This document shows positions 58,776 to 64,000 of a DNA stretch of 64,000 nucleotides, in pieces. Source of the stretch: Bacteroidales bacterium (GTDB lineage: Bacteria > Bacteroidota > Bacteroidia > Bacteroidales > Prolixibacteraceae); assembly GCA_038236995.1 (NCBI GenBank), contig JBBRZE010000019.1, positions 2,831 through 66,830 on the forward strand, read 5' to 3'. A program made the position numbers and the translations under genes. The notes under the pieces were generated by a model. That model ran no database searches. It saw only the letters and a program-made list of their open reading frames with translations, and had not been told where the DNA came from. Each line of letters starts with the position of its first letter. Within the stretch, counting starts at the first letter, position 1.

Positions 58776-60968
58776 CTACATTTTTTTTACATACTCGGAA
58801 ATGCAAATTTCAGTTCTGCTACTTTGAAGATTTTGACCAGGAGACCTAATGAATCCATTGGGTAATTTTGTTGTTAATTGGGTCTCCCCATATCCTTTGG
58901 CAACGATCCTGCCGGCAGTAATCCCTTTTGATCTGACATAATTCGCCGCTGCATCAGCGCGAAATTGCGCCAAATCTATATTGTATTGTTTACTGTCCAT
59001 GCTACTTGAATATGATCTTAACTCAACTGCTAATTCGGAATTTTCGTTCATCAATAAAACAATCTGATCGAGCTCTTTGGCTGTTTCTGGTAATATATCC
59101 CATCTGTCAAGCTTGAAATTGATGTTTTTCATCACAATTACATCACCTGCAAAATAGACAGGTATGGATGGGGTAAATGTTGAATCCTTCTTGATTCCTT
59201 TGGTTGAGAGATTTACAGTGGCCAGCCAGCATTTTGTTTTGTTTGCAAGTTTGGCAACTTTGATCTGATAATCTGATTCCGGTTGTAATTCTAGCTGAAA
59301 TAAACCATTTGCATCACATTTTACCTCCTCACTGATCGATCGGAGCCTATTCTTTAAAACTATTGTAGCCCCTGACACTGGCTTATTACCGATTGCCGAA
59401 AAAATAATTCCTTTCAGCATGTATAAGGGACTCTCTCTAACCAATGCCACTTTTATTGTATCCAATTCTTGTAGTTTTTCCCTATTAAACTCGAGCCGAC
59501 TCTCTTTGTAATTTTTGTTGGCAACCAAAAAACGGTAAGATTTAAACGGGTTTATCTTAACATCTTCCCTGCCGTTACTATTACTAAGAATGGTAACAGG
59601 TTCAGTACCTTCCTCAGCAACAACAATACTTGTGAAGGGCAGACTTTTTTTGGTTTTTGCATCAAAAACCGAAATATTATGATTGCGAAAAGATTGTTTT
59701 AGGCTGAATATATCATCATCTCCAAATGTGTTATTCCTGTCTGAGCTGAAGTAACCACTCTCTCCCGTATCAAGAGTTATAAAGCCGAAATCGTCAAATC
59801 GTGTATTGAAAGGATACCCTGGATTTATTGGCGTTGAGAACCCTTCCCCCAATTTGCATGCAAAAAAAACATCCAGACCACCAAGTCCGGGAATTCCATT
59901 TGAAGCATACCAAAGGTTACCCTGGTGATCTACAAAAGGAAACATGTCGTTACCCGGCGTGTTAATTCCGGGGCCTAAATTGATTGGCGGACTCCATGAA
60001 CCTGCCCCTTGAGAATCGGTAATATAATGAGAAACATACAGATCCAATCCACCCAGTCCGCCCGGCTTATCAGAAGTAAAGTACAAATCGGTTCCATCAG
60101 GACTCAAGGCCGGATGTTCACAGGAATATTGATCATCATTCAGGGACAGCGGTTGAATATTGATCCAGTTATTTGATTTTAAATCCCATACAGCCTCAAA
60201 TAAGCTCAATTTATTGATCCCTTCATTGCTTTTGCGCAACCGGGAACGGAAATAATTACTTCGGGTAAAAATGATGGTGTCCTGATTTTTACTGAATGTA
60301 ACAGGCCCTTCGTGATAAATGGAATTCAATCTATTTGAAAACGGACTAGCCTCTTTATCCTCGGGATTTGCGACATAAAGGTCAAGAAACGAAGATTTTG
60401 TCCAGTTATAAGTAGAGCGGACCATAGAGAATTTAGTACGGTCACTTGAAAAAACAATCCTATTTTGGAAATAGGCAGGGCTGAAATCATCTGCGTCCGA
60501 AGAGAATGGTGCCTTTGCGATCGTATAATTAGCTGAATCTTTGTAAAATAATTCCATATTTTGATAAGCATCTGAAAATGCAGCTCCGCGTGGATCACCG
60601 GGTGCGGCATCCTGGTATCTCTTGTACCAGAATGCGGCCAACGGATACTTGCCATTTCTGGACAATGCCCGTGCATAATTCAAAAGTAAAAATGGTTGAG
60701 TCTCCTTCTTCTCATTTTCCCTTGTCAAAAACGCATAGCACCTTTCGGCATTTTGACTGTCATTAATCCGATCGTAAATATCAGCCAGTTTCTCGTAAAC
60801 TCCAGCGTTCTGCGGATCTTTTTTTAAAATCTTCTCATAAATAGGTATAGCTCTATGAAAATCAAAATAGCTATAATATCTGTCAGCCCGTTTCTTTTTC
60901 GTAACAAAATCACGTGAAGATCCCACGGTACAAAATAACAAACTAATAAACAATAATATAATCTTCAT
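58776..60968 (-). CDS. PorE-like outer-membrane-associated protein: TPR + TolB-like beta-propeller + CarboxypepD_reg + OmpA_C peptidoglycan-binding domain
   Basis: 730 aa. TPR-like 'AIPIYEKILKKDPQNAGVYEKLADIY', propeller blades 'SPDGTDLYFTSDKPGGLGGLDLYVS', and a C-terminal OmpA-like 'AANYVRSKGITAGRIVAKGYGETQ'. Confidence 0.7.
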   Translation of the reverse strand: MKIILLFISLLFCTVGSSRDFVTKKKRADRYYSYFDFHRAIPIYEKILKKDPQNAGVYEKLADIYDRINDSQNAERCYAFLTRENEKKETQPFLLLNYARALSRNGKYPLAAFWYKRYQDAAPGDPRGAAFSDAYQNMELFYKDSANYTIAKAPFSSDADDFSPAYFQNRIVFSSDRTKFSMVRSTYNWTKSSFLDLYVANPEDKEASPFSNRLNSIYHEGPVTFSKNQDTIIFTRSNYFRSRLRKSNEGINKLSLFEAVWDLKSNNWINIQPLSLNDDQYSCEHPALSPDGTDLYFTSDKPGGLGGLDLYVSHYITDSQGAGSWSPPINLGPGINTPGNDMFPFVDHQGNLWYASNGIPGLGGLDVFFACKLGEGFSTPINPGYPFNTRFDDFGFITLDTGESGYFSSDRNNTFGDDDIFSLKQSFRNHNISVFDAKTKKSLPFTSIVVAEEGTEPVTILSNSNGREDVKINPFKSYRFLVANKNYKESRLEFNREKLQELDTIKVALVRESPLYMLKGIIFSAIGNKPVSGATIVLKNRLRSISEEVKCDANGLFQLELQPESDYQIKVAKLANKTKCWLATVNLSTKGIKKDSTFTPSIPVYFAGDVIVMKNINFKLDRWDILPETAKELDQIVLLMNENSELAVELRSYSSSMDSKQYNIDLAQFRADAAANYVRSKGITAGRIVAKGYGETQLTTKLPNGFIRSPGQNLQSSRTEICISEYVKKM

Positions 60969-60980
60969 TTTATCTATTGA

Positions 60981-61910
60981 TTAAAAGAATCTGGGGGTTG
61001 AAATCTTTCCCCTTGAAAAATCAAACTGATATCGTAATGCGATTTCATGCGATCCACTGGTAAAGTCCTTCAATTGGGTGGTTGAATATTCATAGGCATA
61101 GCCCAGAAATAATTGTTTGCTTATTTTTACTTGACACAAGAAGCCAACCGAAGCTATACTTCTGTAAGATAAACCAAAGGCAATGGAATCAGAAAACCAC
61201 AGGATACCATTAATGTCACCTTCAATTGGTGCACCGTCAACAAATTTAAACAACGTGTATAATTGAAATTTAAGATCCGGATTTAAATCAAAAAGGTATC
61301 CGGCAGATAGAAAATAGTGATTTACCAATGCGAAATCAAGGTCATTCTGTTGATTCCCGTAGATTGCCTGATGTATCTCTGCTCCCAGCATTTGGGGTAT
61401 TGAAAACCCGGCAAAAAAACGATTTCCCTGGTAATACATTCCAATACCAAAATTTGGTAAAGTCTCCTTGTAATCCGTTTGAAATGCCACGTCAATTTGT
61501 GCATTATCGGTTTTTACTGAAGTATTATTAGAATAAAAGAATCCAACACCAGCTTGAATACCAAAAGTGAGGGAACTCTGCGAAATTCTTAGTTTATAAG
61601 CATATATACCCGTTATTGCAGAATGGCTTGTTACTCCAATTTTATCAAAACTTACATTTAAACCAAGTCCAATTTTCTCATTTCGGACAGGCGAATCGAT
61701 AGAAAAAATACCTGTTTTTGGCGCACCAGGGATATTAACCCATTGATTGCGATAGAGCATCGTTGCATTTAAAACTTCATGGGTTCCGGCATAGGCAGGA
61801 TTAATAAGTAATCCATTGAAGATATATTGCGAATACATAGGATCCTGTTGCGCAAAAACACGGATGGAAATACTGAGCATCAGTAACAATATGTAGTGTC
61901 TTTTAATCAT
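60981..61910 (-). CDS. PorP/SprF-family type IX secretion system membrane protein
   Basis: 309 aa. The signature N-terminus 'AQQDPMYSQYIFNGLLINPAYAGT' and a beta-barrel-like remainder. Confidence 0.88.
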   Translation of the reverse strand: MIKRHYILLLMLSISIRVFAQQDPMYSQYIFNGLLINPAYAGTHEVLNATMLYRNQWVNIPGAPKTGIFSIDSPVRNEKIGLGLNVSFDKIGVTSHSAITGIYAYKLRISQSSLTFGIQAGVGFFYSNNTSVKTDNAQIDVAFQTDYKETLPNFGIGMYYQGNRFFAGFSIPQMLGAEIHQAIYGNQQNDLDFALVNHYFLSAGYLFDLNPDLKFQLYTLFKFVDGAPIEGDINGILWFSDSIAFGLSYRSIASVGFLCQVKISKQLFLGYAYEYSTTQLKDFTSGSHEIALRYQFDFSRGKISTPRFF

Positions 61911-61914
61911 ATAA

Positions 61915-64000
61915 TTACCTGTTTATAGTAATATAGCCAATTTTTTCTTTCTCACCGTTATTGAATTTGACAATGTAGAAGTAAGTCCCTACTGGTAATT
62001 GATTGCTGATTAACATTCCTGAATTGGACAATCCATCCCAGTCATTAAGATATTGCTTACTTGAATAAACCAAATTTCCCCATCTGTTAAAAACTTTTAA
62101 ATCAATCGTATATCTTTCTGCGCCCTGGATGATAAAATAGTCATTCACTCCATCTCCATTAGGAGAAAATCCTTCAGGAATAAAAATTGACAGGGGTGTG
62201 ATCGTGATGTAAACATTGGCTGGTGAAACCGAGTAATTTCCAGAATCTGAACCTTTCCAGGTAAAGGATATTTCTCCTGAATAATCTTTTTCAGGAACAA
62301 ACTCCATCTTAGATATATCTGAAATAAGAATCTCCTGATCTGTTGTCACATCAGTACCCGAAATATTCAGTTTCCCTTTGAGTGGCAGCGAGATTATTTT
62401 CACTTTCACCAGGTTATCATTATCAGGATCAATAAATTTTGAAGTGAAGTCACTATTCGAAAACAATAATGTCTCATTCTCTTCAATGGTTTTGGCAATA
62501 TCAGAGACTACCGGAGGTCGGTTTACCTTGATAACATCCACAATAACAGTAGCAGTGTCGCACAAAGCTGGCAAACTGTTATCACACAACTCTAAACAAA
62601 AATTATTAGTTCCGGAAAAATTGAAAGCCGGAGTATAGTCGATACAAACTTCATTTCCTGAAATTATGGGTGTGCCAAGAGTGCCATTGCCTGGATTACC
62701 ACAAATTGAAGCCGTATAAACCGATACCGCTTTCGGTTCAGTTATGTGCAAACAAATGGTAACTGGCGTATTCTCAAGTGTAGAAATTCTTTTGCCGGTA
62801 ACAACAGGTGGCTCATTTGTTGAAATTACTGTAACTACAACTTCGGCCTGATCACATTTATTTGGATTCCCTTTTTCGCAGATTTGATAAATCAGTTTGT
62901 AAACTCCGGCAATAGTGCCTGGAGCTGCAACTATCGACATTCCATTTAATGAAATATTGGGACTTGTTGAACTTATAAAACTCGTTGTTACCTCTGAAGG
63001 GTTGACAACTGCACAATTCAGAAAGTCATTGACTAATATATTTAATACAGCGGTACCGCCTGTTGAGCCGTTTACGGACCCTTCATCATTGAAGGCATCA
63101 ATAATTCCGGCAACATTCACTGTCTGGGTGCAGGTTGCTTTGTTTCCATTTCCGTCTATGACAGTCCATATAACCAATGTATTACCAATCGGAAAAACAA
63201 CGGGTGCATTATTGGTTACACTTTCTACCGAGCAGTTATCTGCAGTTATTGGCGTTCCAATATTTATACCGGAAGCGGTACATTTTCCTGCATCTGCGAA
63301 TGTATAAACATTAGGCGGACAAGTGATCGTTGGATTCTGAACATCAGTGGTGACCGTTACACTGGCTTCGACAGCCGTTCCGCAATCGCCTGATAACCTT
63401 GCATAATAAGTACCGGGACCTTTATTGTCCAAGGTAAGTCCTGTGCCCAGGTTGGTTCCCGTTCCACCCGCGGCGGTCCACCATGTTACCAGGGCATTTG
63501 CTCCTGCCACCCCATTGGCGGTCAGGGTGGTTGTTACATTTGAACAGATTGGATTAACAGCTGCTGTAACAGAAGTAATCACTAAAACGTTGCTGGTAAT
63601 TACTGTAATACTGGCTTCGACAGCTGTTCCGCAATCGCCTGTTACTCTTGCATAATAAGTACCGGGACCTTTATTAGCTAAGGTAAGACCTGTGCCCAGG
63701 TTGGTTCCCGTTCCACCCGCGGCGGTCCACCATGTTACCAGGGCATTTGCTCCTGCCACCCCATTGGCGGTCAGGGTGGTTGTTGCATTTGAACAGATTG
63801 GATTAACAGCTGCTGTAACAGAAGTGATCGCTACATTAATTTTTGAGGTGACCGTTACACTGGCTTCGGCAGCCGTTCCGCAATCACCGGTTACCCTTGC
63901 ATAATAAGTTCCGGGACCTTTATTGGCCAAGGTAAGTCCTGTGCCCAGGTTGGTTCCTGTACCGCCAGAAGCGGTCCACCAGGTTGCCAGTGCATTTGCT
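61915..64000 (-). CDS. Large cell-surface adhesin-like protein with Ig-like repeats, an HYR domain, cadherin-like repeats and a T9SS type-B (CHU_C / gliding-motility-associated) C-terminal sorting domain; the 5' end lies outside the window
   Basis: C-terminus 'FSPNGDGVNDYFIIQG...LKVFNRWGNLVY...WDG...LPVGTYFYIV'. HYR-like 'PTITCPPNVYTFADAGKCTA...TADNCSV'. The frame stays open to base 64000 (the listed 'M' is a TTG inside a repeat). Confidence 0.88.
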   Translation of the reverse strand, partial: ANALATWWTASGGTGTNLGTGLTLANKGPGTYYARVTGDCGTAAEASVTVTSKINVAITSVTAAVNPICSNATTTLTANGVAGANALVTWWTAAGGTGTNLGTGLTLANKGPGTYYARVTGDCGTAVEASITVITSNVLVITSVTAAVNPICSNVTTTLTANGVAGANALVTWWTAAGGTGTNLGTGLTLDNKGPGTYYARLSGDCGTAVEASVTVTTDVQNPTITCPPNVYTFADAGKCTASGINIGTPITADNCSVESVTNNAPVVFPIGNTLVIWTVIDGNGNKATCTQTVNVAGIIDAFNDEGSVNGSTGGTAVLNILVNDFLNCAVVNPSEVTTSFISSTSPNISLNGMSIVAAPGTIAGVYKLIYQICEKGNPNKCDQAEVVVTVISTNEPPVVTGKRISTLENTPVTICLHITEPKAVSVYTASICGNPGNGTLGTPIISGNEVCIDYTPAFNFSGTNNFCLELCDNSLPALCDTATVIVDVIKVNRPPVVSDIAKTIEENETLLFSNSDFTSKFIDPDNDNLVKVKIISLPLKGKLNISGTDVTTDQEILISDISKMEFVPEKDYSGEISFTWKGSDSGNYSVSPANVYITITPLSIFIPEGFSPNGDGVNDYFIIQGAERYTIDLKVFNRWGNLVYSSKQYLNDWDGLSNSGMLISNQLPVGTYFYIVKFNNGEKEKIGYITINR
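63340..64000 (-). repeat. Near-identical 249-bp (83-aa) intragenic tandem repeats in the adhesin gene
   Basis: TTTATTG/A..AAGGTAAG anchors at 63421, 63670 and 63919 give a 249-bp period. The protein unit 'NKGPGTYYARVTGDCGTA.EAS.TV...VTWWTAAGGTGTNLGTGLTL' repeats at least 2.5 times and continues off the window. Confidence 0.9.

Overview
This window looks like a Bacteroidota chromosomal segment. Support: TAnnTTTG -7 boxes, a T9SS PorP/SprF gene next to a type-B C-terminal-domain cargo protein, and a TonB receptor with a CarboxypepD_reg N-terminus. All family assignments come from reading motifs by eye; no searches were run. I count about 61 protein genes, most of them housekeeping (panB, recR, holA, pruA, tgt, rsmG, rpmH, rluD, ddl, dnaB, LptF/G, Skp, acyl-CoA carboxyltransferase). 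Accessory content: a GH130 / 2-epimerase / GPH-symporter mannobiose operon; a xylB-xylA-xylE operon behind a GntR-type regulator; a GH88/105 hydrolase; two envelope-glycosylation clusters built on polyprenyl-phosphate-type GT2 plus GT-C enzymes; a HicAB toxin-antitoxin pair; and a T9SS adhesin / PorP / PorE-like module running off the 3' edge. I found no rRNA, tRNA, CRISPR array, transposase or integrase. rpmH (53604-53762) is real but too short for the ORF track. I cannot point to a clear novel multi-gene system. The least explained signals are two sequence-unrelated intergenic tandem arrays that share an exact 42-bp register with a dyad in every unit (5208-5490 and 26561-26970). Next is an AraC-type regulator beside the mannobiose operon, interrupted by an in-frame TGA inside its second helix-turn-helix.
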